Under the pieces are notes generated by a model that worked only from the letters and a program-made list of their open reading frames with translations, was not told the origin of the DNA and did no database searches. A program made the position numbers and the translations under genes. Of a stretch of 64,000 nt of DNA, positions 12,527 to 23,640 are shown one piece after another (position 1 is the first letter of the stretch; every line of letters begins with the position of its first letter). This stretch comes from Sphyrna mokarran (lineage: Eukaryota), in contig JAGIQG010000040.1 of assembly GCA_024679065.1 (NCBI GenBank), positions 10,230,001-10,294,000 of the forward strand, in the 5' to 3' direction.

Positions 12527-13478
12527 GAATTGAAAACATAACTGACCAACAGAATGAATTGAATCATCGGTTAATACTGATGGCAATTTTGAATTTGATT
12601 ATCGTCAGCTTTTACACAAAGTCAACTACATTTAAAAGGAGGAGAATCAAGAATTATCTGTTCTTCACACTTGAGTCTTTTTTATATGTTTATTTTGGGC
12701 GTGATTATTTTGTGAAATGTGCGCCATTTCCCCTATGAGAAAACTGCATGAATGTTTTTACCCAGTTTCGATCCGGGGACTTTTCACGTGTTAGGCGAAC
12801 GTGATAACCGCTACACTACAGAAACAACGTAAAGAGCAGTGGAGCAAAAGTGCCTGTCTGCAGTGTTCAACTATGCTGTGTTGCTGCAGGTTCGAATGGT
12901 GAGATTGAGAACCCGTGTCACATAGTTTGGGAAAATAATTGTGGCTTTCAATCTTATTGTATGACTCATCCCAAATATCAAAATCTTAAGAAGTTCGTGC
13001 TGCAAATATCTAAGGAAGAACGATTTCTGCCCATTTATTAATGTACCATTTTCATCTTTCTTCGAATAATCTCAATCAATTGTATTTAGTAATAAAAGCA
13101 AATTAGAGCCCATGGGATAAGAGAAAATGCTGCAAAATCTCACAATGTTTAACAGCACCTGTAACGAGTGAAAGGGGCGGACGTTTCGATTCCAGATGAC
13201 TCTTTATGAAAGCTCATTATACAATTGTACTCAGAATTTGCTTCAAAATTTAGTATTAATGCATTATTTAACATATATGGCTTCATTATGAATTGAATAC
13301 CTGTGAAATTGAACATCAATGAATTGAAAAAATAACTGACCAACAGAACGAATTGGATCATCGGGTAATACAGGTCACAGTTTTGAGATTGATTATCGTC
13401 AGCTTTTAAACAAAGTCAACTCAATTTAAATGGAGGAAAATCCAGAATTATCTGATAGTGCCCCTTGAGCCTTTTTTA
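12527..13478 (+). repeat. Direct duplication of ~155 bp (12527-12683 and 13321-13478) flanking the tRNA-Val copy
   Basis: GAATTGAAAA.ATAACTGACCAACAGAA..GATTATCGTCAGCTTTTA.ACAAAGTCAACT is present twice. Confidence 0.85.
12753..12825 (-). tRNA. tRNA-Val(AAC), probably a pseudogene
   Basis: Reverse complement GTTTCTGTAGTGTAGCGGTTATCACGTTCGCCTAACACGTGAAAAGTCCCCGGATCGAAACTGGGTAAAAACA (73 nt) matches vertebrate Val-AAC. It has a C-A mismatch in the acceptor stem and GGATCG in place of GGTTCG. Confidence 0.85.
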
Positions 13479-15074
13479 TTATGGGTGTGAAACATTCAGG
13501 AGCATAAATTCTGCCCCGTTTCACGAACGTTCAGTAGATCCGCACTGAATCTCGATTCGCTCATCTCTCTGAGTGGCTTTTTTTTCTGTTTCGAGTGATG
13601 AAAAACGATTTAAAAAATATTCTGCTGTGAAATCAACGCCATTTCCTCTTTTTCACTTACAGTATCACCTGTATCTGTCTTTTTGAGAACACGCTACTAT
13701 CAGATATTTCAGATGGTGATTAACCATATTAATCTGCACCTATAAACCCACTAAATTCTGTTGTAGACTGAACGAGATGCGAATATGTGCTCGGCGTCAA
13801 AAGCGAACTCCCCCCCTCCCCTGCCGCCCCCGTCAATGCGTCAATAAAAAAAACAGTGAATGGCAACATGTCTGAAAGTTGTGAAAAAAATTGACTGATA
13901 CAGGCTTTTTTGACTGGCCATTGCTTCTTCACTCAGTAGCCGTGTGTTATACAGTGGAGGATGATTGAAATTTTCACTGATCACTATTTAAATAGACAGT
14001 GGATTCACACCATGTGATGGTGCGTTCCAGTTCTATATCCACAACTACATCAATTTCTATCAGTTACTGTGAATCCCATATTACTAATAGGTTGGAAATT
14101 TACAACAGCATGATCTAATATATCTCGTTTTAGTTGAAATGAATATTCATCGATCAGGGAGACCCTTCCTCGGATCTTAGCTCAGACTCCAAACGTTGGT
14201 TCAATTAGTTCAACGAAGTTGCCGCGTCCATTATGGCAGTACCTTTGCTGGACTTTCCTCCAGCAAAAAAAAAAATCACTTTCAAATAGACATTGTCAAC
14301 TGAAAATATAGATGCGTTTGCCAGAATTAAGTGATTTATGATGTCAGTAGTGAATATAACCACAGCGAATTTGACCTGACAACACTCAGTAGAGCCTTGT
14401 GAAGTAGATCTCTCGAACACGTGAGAATTTGCTGGGATGAATCTGATCGACATTGAATAGACACAAGCCAGTTTGGGCATGTACACGCCAACTGTAACCA
14501 GGTTGGACTGGAACTGTTTATACTCCAATACAGATATTGAGCAGAGTACCCCGATACCCAATGTACCAGTGCGGAGCTGGTGACGTTCGGCCTGAAAGTA
14601 ACTGGGATGGACTGGAAACTAAGCTTGGCCAATTTGATGTAATTGAAATGTCCTGGCAAAAAATTGACATAGTCGTGAAGAAAGGCAACTCCTAACGTAG
14701 CCTAGTTAAGCGTCTTTCCCATGGGCACTAATAGATGGCTGGAAGTGAGTTGACTCAATGAGAGATCTTTAGAACAAAATTTCATCCTATCATTTGGTCG
14801 TGATTTTGAACATTTCTGTTCAGTTTTCCACGGACTATTTGCATTTCTTAATGTTCTGTAGCTATGTTCTGTAATGAAACGAATGTCCAGGCAAACTAGA
14901 TTATGCCTTAGTCTCTGGGTATTTCACTCAAGGAGATTTGAGAACTCATTGAAAAAAAAACATTATATTGGATCACAGATAAAAGACAGCTGGGTAGCAG
15001 CTGCACTAATTCGTTTTTCACAATAAAATTAATAATATAAAAAACTAATTATTTCCCTGGAGCCTCACATTATG

Positions 15075-15080
15075 TATAAA
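15075..15080 (+). promoter_or_regulatory. TATA box of the intact GPCR gene
   Basis: TATAAA 56 bp upstream of the ATG at 15131. Confidence 0.5.
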
Positions 15081-15130
15081 TGTTACAACATTTATTGTCA
15101 GACTGTGCGTGCTCAAAGTCTCCGATAAAA

Positions 15131-15200
15131 ATGCATGTACCTCCGAAAGGGTTGGTGTTCGCCATTTACTATCCACCCATTGCAACTATTGGAGTTCCAG
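15131..15200 (+). CDS. Exon 1 of an intact GPR139/GPR142-like GPCR (326 aa spliced)
   Basis: MHVPPKGLVFAIYYPPIATIGVP-G|GTACAG; the phase-1 donor joins exon 2 in frame (70+911=981 nt). Confidence 0.85.
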
Positions 15201-17021
15201 GTACAGTTTTGTAGTTAGTTACTTTCATGTATCGTCTTTGTTCAGCTGCAACATTTCTTTTTTCGGTAATATCACTAGCGCATCCCTAACACACGGCATT
15301 CACTTTTATCATTTAGAGTGATGAATTTTCCCCTAAAATATGCAGATTCTTCCAGTCAACTGATCATTTTGTCCTTTTTCACAGGATAATTTTATAAATT
15401 TTAAGAGTTTTATTCTTCATTTGAATGATATAATGTTTTGAATCTGTCCGCACAATTTGCTGAATGAATAGTGAACATTGTCGTTTTAGGCAGTGTATTT
15501 TAACTCAAGTAACAGAAAAAGGTATTGACATGATAACGTCTCCCATTCAACTACGTTCTGCCTATCTGTGACCTGTGCCTTACTTTGGATTCCACCCCCT
15601 TCCCCCCGCCCCCATCAGCCTTGCCATTTATCACTGCAAATTCAATTTAGAAATGCAGTTATATTTTCTTAGCAATGCTATTATAGATGGATTCTTTGAA
15701 AGTTATTATGCTATACATGTAGTTCCATTACGACGTTGACATACTAACTATTACGAATTTTCTCTTGGATACCACGGCATAACCCCATTTCTGCAGAATT
15801 ATTGGCGCTGCTATTGGGAATTATAACTATTCCATTGCAAACGTGTAACTTAATATTATTATTATTATTATTATTTTTATTCTAGAATTATCGCTTTGTC
15901 ACCTCCCTGTACATGTAACTGGCATTATTTTCTCCCTGTTCCTGTGTTGTTATCACGGTATAATTCTAGATTTCTGTCATGTTGTTGATATTAAGATAAA
16001 TTGATTGAATCGTACGAAGAATTTCTATCTGAATATCATGAAAGATTTTATTGACAGACCTTAGGTATCAACGACTTTTTGACAATATAGGAGGATTGCA
16101 ATAATGGCTGTCTGATGAATGATTGGCACACACCAATAACAAACAAAGCACACCGTTTTGTCTCCAGTCTCGACCCTCGACACTCTTTGCACAAGTCATC
16201 ATTTGTCTGCATTCTTTTCTGATTATTTTGACTATGTTGACGGAGGCAGAGTAACTGTCAGCAGATTTTGGATGGAATATAAGTGATTCTGGAAATACCT
16301 GCACGACTGTTTCAGGAATTTCAGAAGAGAGGTTCAAGGACCCAATACTGCTTGCGAGTTCTTAATCTTCAAATATCCACTTCACTCAGATTTGTTTATT
16401 TTAACCCCTACAATTAGAGCAATACTCTCTCCAAGTGCGCCCTTTGCATCTGTCAGTTTCAGAGATTCATTATACACCAGCAATTACACTTATTTTTCAG
16501 GGTTGGAGCCCCTTTCAATACTTCCTCTGTAAATTCAGAGAAACGCTGATATGTTCCCCTTTCTTTGATTGAAGATTTATAGGTTGGTTTAATGCAGACA
16601 TTTCCAAAAGTGAATATTTTAGGAATAATTCGCCAGATGGAGCAAATGTCGAAACTGAGCGAAATGGAAGCTTTCCAGTTGAATATTGCAATTAATGCTT
16701 TTTATAATTTAATATTCAACGTATTCTGTTGGAAGTTGCTGACTATTCCTGAAATTGCATTTATGGTTTTTCAATATGTTCTTACCTTTCATTATATTGT
16801 ATTGCATCATGATGCAATTCCATGTCAAAGACCCATCTTATTTATAATTCTTGTGATCGTGTGAATGAAAACCGGAAGAAGGGATAGTCTGCAATGCAGA
16901 ATCAAGTGAAAGATTTTTAATTTCATACGCGATCTTGTATCATTTTGATGTGAGGTGAGAAACTAACATTTTATCTCTCATGTTGCCATGCATATGTTCT
17001 CTTGACTTCTCTGTTTTACAG

Positions 17022-17932
17022 CTAACTTGGCAGTCGCTATAATCCTATGCCGAAGGAGCTGTGGTCTCTCCAGATGTATAATTTACTATGTGGTGTCCAT
17101 GGCGGTGACAGATCTCTTGGTCATTATTACCAGCGTGATATTAAACCGGATTGCTGGGATTTATTTCCCTGGTAGTTTTCTGTCAGTCACCCCAATCTGC
17201 AGTCTTCATGTTGTGATAACCTATGCAAGCATTGATAGTTCTGCCTGGTTAACAGTTGCTTTCACCTTTGATCGATTCGTGGCCATTTGCTGCCAGAAAC
17301 TGAAAATCAAATACTGCACAGAGAAGACAGCGGCGTGGGTCATAGGGACCGTGGGCACACTGAGCTCTCTGAAATCATCCTTCCTGTATTTTATCTTTGA
17401 ACCGTTGTATGTAGTTGACAACATACCTTGGTTCTGTGTTATAAAACAATTCTTTTATACATCCCTCGCATGGAACGCCTATGATTTGTTTCGAACAATT
17501 TCAATGCCCTGTATCCCATTCATTCTGATTTTATTGTTCAATGCTCTGACTGTCAGACACATTCTGGCAGCCAATCGGACCCGCACGAGGCTTCGGGCAC
17601 AGAGTAATGGGGAAAAGCAGAGAGACCCAGAGATGGAGAAAGGGAGAAAGTCCATTATTTTGCTCTTTGCCATCTCGGGCACTTTCATTCTCTCATATGC
17701 GTTATTTTTTGTGACGATTCTCTATGTCCAAATTGCAAAGGTTCCTTATTTCTCAGATCCTAATACTAGTGAATGGTCATTTATTTTGGAGGAAAGCAGG
17801 TATGTGCTTCAGTTTCTGAGTTCTTGCATCAACCCGTTTATTTACGCAGGGACTCAGAGCAATTTCAGGGCCGAATTAAAGAATGGAGTGAATTATCTAC
17901 TGAGATTATTTGTTAATGTGTTTAAGATTTGA
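17022..17932 (+). CDS. Exon 2 of the intact GPR139/GPR142-like GPCR
   Basis: TTTTACAG acceptor; ANLAVAIILCRRSCGLS..MAVTDLLV..TFDRFVAICC..CINPFIY with a 7TM pattern; AATAAA at 18051-18056. Confidence 0.9.
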
Positions 17933-18139
17933 AAATATGAGACAGAAAACAAAAATTTCTTTAAACTCCAACAATTCTTCTACTTTTCAATGCCACACAA
18001 GGCCATCCTTCAAATATGTTCTTGTTTATGTGCACGTACACCAATGTGTGAATAAAGAAATTTATAAGGAAAACTGAATCAACGTGAAAACAAAATCGGT
18101 ATTGCAATCTTGAGAATCCACGGGTTTCCAATGTCTCTA

Positions 18140-19230
18140 TATTTCAGTCCATAGAGTGAATCAGTGAATCCCTTCCCACACACAGAGCAGATGAACAGTT
18201 TGTCCCGGTGTGAATGTGTTGGTGTCTCAGCAGGCCAGACGACTGAGTGAATCCTTTCCACTTACGGAGGAAAGAAACGGCCTCTCCCGGGTGTGAGGGC
18301 GTTGGTATTTCAGTAGATCATCACTTCTTTTAAAAGTCTTATCGAATTCTGTGCATTGAAAAGATCTCTTGTCAGAGTGAATTTGTTGGTGTTGATTGCA
18401 GCAGGAAAACTGAGCAAATCTCTTGCCACAAATGGAGCAGGAGAACAGCGTCTCCCCTGTATGAATGTGGCGGTGTGTTTGGAGGCTGGATGGCTTGGTA
18501 AAAAGCTTTCCTACACTCAGAACAGGTGAATGCCCTCTCCTCAGTGTGAACACACTAATGTAACACAAGCTGGGATGAACGAGGAAAACTTCCCACACAG
18601 GGCACAGAGTAACGGCCTCTCCTCAGTGTGAAAGAGCTGGTGTTGGGTTAGTTCCTGAGAGATGTCAATGTTGACCCCAGAATCAGAGCTTTGTATGGAC
18701 GTCTGAATAATGTGATGAGTCGGTGAGCCTGCAGGCTGGATGAACACATGAATTGCTTCCCTCACAAGGAGCAGGTGAATGAACTTTCACTATTGTGAGA
18801 TCGTTGTCGTGTCAGCATGTTTTGCAGCTGTATCAATCCCTTCCCACAGCAGAAGCAGATGAATGGATTCTCACCTGTTTCCAACTGAGATGGTCAATTT
18901 TTTTTCTCATTCTCATAACATCTTTACTAAAACTTTAACATTTTCCCGGTATCAGATTTTAGATTAAGCGGTCTCTAGTTTCCTGCTTTTTGCTTCCCTC
19001 CTTTTTTTTTTGAGTAAAGGAATTACATTCGCTATTTTCCAATCTACTGGAATCTTCCCCAAATCTCGGGGTTGTTGGATAGCTAAAACGCTGTTATTTC
19101 CTTCCATGTTCAAAATTTTCTATTGTTCAGTATAGGGCAAATTGTGCGATTCCATCCAATGCTGATCTGAGGTTTTGTCCGAGTATCCTGACCCCAAATC
19201 CTCCCCTTCTAAGGCCAACTATGTTAACAC
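18140..19230 (-). pseudogene. C2H2 zinc-finger array pseudogene A, interrupted by a CR1 fragment (~18890-19090)
   Basis: HTGE-type linkers and CxxC..HxxxH fingers split across frames; CTGTTATAG acceptor before 19230. Confidence 0.85.
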
Positions 19231-19329
19231 CTATAACAGAGCTGAAGTTATTTTTCAATTCAGCAGAAACAGACTCAAATGAGCATGTTCAGTCTGAATA
19301 TAAAAAAAACCCAGCAAAATCCATTCACA

Positions 19330-20271
19330 ATACTTGTGAACTCCCTGGTGTTTCAGTAGATTGGATGACTGATTGAATCCCTTTTCACACTTGGAACAAG
19401 TCAACGGCTTCTTCCCAGTGTGAATTTGCTGGCGTGTCAGCAGAGTGGATGGTGAGCAAACCCATTCCACACTGATGAGTAAGCAAATCCATTCTGGCAA
19501 ATTCTCTCCCCAGTGCGAGTGCGCGGATGTGCAGTGAGTTGATCCCAGTGAGAACATCTGAACGGTTTCTCATCAGTGTGAACATGTTTATGGCAATGAA
19601 GATTGTCGGGACATTTAAAAGACCTCTCGTCAGTATGAATTTGCTGGTATGTGAAGAATGTGGCTGGCTGAGCAAATCTCTTCCCACATTGGGAGCAAGT
19701 GAATGACCTCTCCCCAGTGTGAATTCGCTGGTGTAATGCGAGGTTGGAAGACTGAGTGAATCCCTCCCCCAAGCAGATTAGGTGAATGGCCTCTCTCAAG
19801 GGTGAATTCGCTGATGTTTCTGCCGATGGGATGAGGTAGTTGAACCCCTTCCCACACTAGGAGCAGGTGTATGGCCTCTCTCCAGTGTGAGTTCCCAAGT
19901 TTATATGGAAGCTGTTTGACTGAGTGAATCTCTTCCTACACTGGGAGCAGGGTGAATGGTCTCTCCCCACTGTGACTGCGCCGATGAATTTCCAGCTGGG
20001 ATAGATAATCGAATCCCTTCCCAAAGTCCCCATATTTCCGCACCTTCTTTCTGTTGTGATTGCAACTATGTTCTGAAAGACTGAATGATTGGTTAAAGTT
20101 CTGTCCGCAAGCAGAGCACGTGAACAGGTTCTGTCCACTAAGAACGGTGCTTTTTCCTTGGATGTTTAAACACAATGACTTTCGGGTTACAATAAATTGT
20201 CTAACTCCATCCGGTTTTGATATAATATCTGATTTCTCTTCCCCAATTGCAAATCCTCCTCTTCTTGCACC
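19330..20271 (-). pseudogene. C2H2 zinc-finger array pseudogene B
   Basis: HTGERPYTC, HTGERSFTCSQCGKRF and CSKCEKGFNQSSNLLKHQGVH in several frames; TTTCATAG acceptor before 20271. Confidence 0.9.
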
Positions 20272-20979
20272 CTATGAAATTGATTTAAAACAGATTAAAA
20301 AACAAGTGAAAGAGAACCCATAAAAACACAGACAGGTTGTGAAACTGAGCTGAATGAATTTGGTAATTTGTGGAAATGTCACTAAGAAAAAGTGATCATG
20401 AAAACTGTTGGATTATAATCATAGCCCGACAGGTTCAGTAATGTCCTTCAGGTCAGGGAGCCTGCCATCCGGTTTGCGCCTTCACGAGACTCTGGACACA
20501 ATGGGTGAAGAGAGATGGAGAGTGATAGAGAGGTGCCTACGTATGTAAGATAGAAAGATTGCCCCGATACAAACTTCACTCCCTAGCCACTCTATTCTCG
20601 TCCCCAACAACTATCTGAAGCAAAACAAAATTATTGCTCAATTCTACCCAAAACGGAGCTTCAGACCATGTAGATCTACATTTAACTACTCCATCTCTGA
20701 TGTCTCCTGCAGTCACACAACCCTGTGAGATGTCTGCTCTGATCATATTGTGGCATCATGAGTGTTCCATATGCAACATGACTTGCATCTGTAAATTCTT
20801 ATCCTGACCATTTCCATTGAAATTTCAAGGCAAGCAGAGCCTTTTGTGCAGAATGGTCCAGATTCCCATCACCTTTAATGTGAACAAGTTGTTTATGATT
20901 TCACTACAGAGATTGTTTATTAAACAATGATTGAACACAGGGGGTGAATGTGAGAAGCTGAAGCTTCCAGTTGAAAAGA

Positions 20980-21560
20980 TTCCCGCTGTCTCTGAGCAGC
21001 GGAACGAGGGAAGCCTTTGGGCAGAGACAGTGCTGCTATTTCCCTTCCGGACCACCAGGGACCGCTGTAACACATCCGGGCGCTTCTTCGCCCAGTGGCA
21101 CCTCCTACCACCGCCGGCCAACCGTTGCTCGTTGGCAGAACATCCGGGGCCTGTAGAGAGGCGAGGACAGCCGCCATATTGCCATGACGTCAACAGCAGA
21201 AATGTAGAAAGTGAGAGAAATTCCCACCTGGAATTAAAATTAAATAAAATACATATTTTTATAAAAAGGCAGGTGGCGGAACCGCGCATGTGCTGTACTA
21301 TTTTGAAAAAAAGGCGCAATAAAAAAAAACATTTTCCCGAATAGAGACGGAAACGAAAGTCTGACGGGTGAGGATGTGAATAACAATCATCACGATTCAA
21401 AATATTACAAGATTAAAAAGTAACTGTCTAGACTTATGTGCGGCAGTGGAAATCCCCTAGAGTGCAGCGCATGGGACGCCGTTTCCCCTGTCAATGCAAG
21501 ATTGCGCCCGCTGTGGGTGATTGTGACACAGGCGTAGTGAGGTCCTGACTGCAGCCTATT
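20980..21560 (-). promoter_or_regulatory. CpG-rich promoter, probably of the zinc-finger unit
   Basis: YY1-like CCGCCATATT 21171-21180, CRE TGACGTCA 21185-21192, NRF1-like GCGCATGTGC 21284-21293, ETS CTTCCGG 21044-21050. Confidence 0.65.
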
Positions 21561-21739
21561 GTCCAGAATGCCCCCCAGTGGATGTGGTGGGGATGGTGCA
21601 GCAGATGGAGCAACAATCCCAGTTTCAATGGGGGGAGAGAAGCTGCAATGCTGCTGCCTGTTGTTCACTCCTCTCCCCAGTCTCAGCATTGCAGAGCGTT
21701 TAAACAAGAGGTTGCATTGTCACAGCAGTACCTTGACTT

Positions 21740-22045
21740 CAGTTTATTTATTTATTAGTGTCACTAATAAGTAGGCTTACATTAACACTGCAATACAATT
21801 CCTGTGAAAATTCCCTAGTCACCACATTCCTGTTCGGGTACACTGACGGAGAATTTAGCATGGCCAATGCATCTAACTAGCACATCTTTGGAACTGCTGG
21901 AGGAAACCAGAGCATCTGGAGGAAATTTATGCAAACATGGGGAGAATGTGCAAACTCCACACAGATAGTGACCCAAGACGGGAATCGAATTTGAGACCCT
22001 AGCGCTGTGAAGCAGCAATGCTAACCATTGTGCCACTGTCTTGCA
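21740..22045 (-). mobile_element. V-SINE (HE1-like); further copies or fragments near 23715-23920, 27519-27830, 37232-37420, 40170-40335
   Basis: tRNA-like head plus the central GGAGAATGTGCAAACTCCACACAGA domain. Confidence 0.8.
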
Positions 22046-22249
22046 ACACTCTGCCCCAGATATCAAACTATTGCGATATCTTCTCCGATCAAAATCCCAA
22101 TAGTGCATCAAGTCTACGTCAACAAAGCATTTTATTTTATTCCCGTAACCCCATATTACCCTCTAATCCCCCTAAAATTCACATCTTTGGACATTAAGGG
22201 AGAATTTAACATGGTCAATCCATCTAACCTGCCCATCTTTCAGACCCCA

Positions 22250-22790
22250 CAAATATTCTGGTCACCCTATTATAGAAAGGATATTATTAGTTTAGAAAGA
22301 ATGCAGAAAAGATTTACTAGGATGCTATTGGGACTTGATGGATTGAGTTATAAGGAGAGGCTGGATAGACTGGGACTTTCCTCACTGGAACGTGGAAGGC
22401 TGAGGGGTGATCTTATAGAGGTCTATAAAATAATGAGGGGCACAGATCAACTAGATAGTCAATATCTTTTCCCAAAGTTAGGGGAGTCTAAAACTAGAGG
22501 GCCTAGATTTAAGATGGGAGGGGAAAGATACAAAAGTATCCAGAGAAGCATTTTTTTTTTCCACACAAAGGATGACAAGTGTCTGGAACAAACTGCCAGA
22601 TATAGTTGTGGAGATGGGTACAATTTTGTCTTTTAAAATTAATTTGGACAGTTACATGGATGTGATGGGTATAGAGAAATATGGGCCAAATACACGCATT
22701 TGGGATTAGCTTAGGGGTTTTTAAAAAAGGGCAGCATGAAGCAGTTGGGCTGCAGGGCCTGTTTGGATGCTGTAAACCTCTATGACTCTA
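22250..22790 (+). mobile_element. CR1 3' fragment inserted into a minus-strand SINE (22130-22245 and 22790-22890)
   Basis: [30 protein letters not shown]; tail CTCTATGACTCTAT. Confidence 0.85.
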
Positions 22791-23094
22791 TATGGGAGGA
22801 ACATGAAAACCCATCCGAGGCTGGAATTGAACACGGGTCCTTGGCACTAGATGCCTGCAGTGCTAACCACGGTGCTAATGTGCTGCCATTCAGGCAAATG
22901 TATTTGGAGGGAGCACAGGAGAGGTGGGGAGGAGGGGTGGGGAGGAGGGGTAAAATGATTTCTAACTCACTTTGATGAGGGGAGGGGTGGAAATCAGAAA
23001 AAAACAGCTTCGCCTCAATATTTTCCCTTATTTCTGCTTTTATTATTAATTAAAAACTAACTCACTTCTCCATTCTGCCCATCAATAGGCCTAA

Positions 23095-23640
23095 CAGAAA
23101 GCAAGGAAAATGTTGTGGCACAGAAAGAGGCCATTCAGCCCATCGCATCTTCACCAGCTTGGGAAATAAAGACTTCATTCTAATCCCACTTTCCAGCGAT
23201 CCAGCCCCTAGCCCCCCTTTCTACAGCTTCCAGCATTTCAGCTATAGATCTGTGTGAGGCGAGTGAGCCGAGAGATTTCTGTCTGAACCATCAGTTTAGG
23301 CAGCGAATTCCAGATACCCGCCATCCCTTGAATGAGAACCTCCTTTCTCATGCCCTCTCTAATCATTCCACCACTCACTTTATACCTGTGTAGCCCCCAT
23401 AACCTTCCCTCCACCCCCGCCCCGCTCCATCCTCACCCACTCATGATAAGTAACCTCTCTCTGCTCAGGGGAAACAGGCCTTTGCTATCCACTCTGTGTC
23501 GGATCCTTCATAATTTTGGACATCTCATTTCAGTCCCCCTCAGCCTCCTCTGCTCTGAGGAAAACAGGCCTTGCCTATCCAATCTCTCCTCATCACCATA
23601 ATTCCCCAGCCCTGACAACACTTTTTTGTAAATCCAAATA
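23095..23640 (-). mobile_element. Old CR1-like 3' fragment
   Basis: AGGCCATTCAGCCCATCG tail region and CCCCTCAGCCTCCTCTGCTC motif. Confidence 0.6.

Noticed and set aside
14205-14659. 118-aa and 107-aa ORFs
   Set aside because: No recognisable homology; possibly very old LINE debris, which I cannot support from the sequence alone.
20825-21400. 191-aa and 137-aa ORFs
   Set aside because: They overlap a GC-rich promoter and show no recognisable domain.
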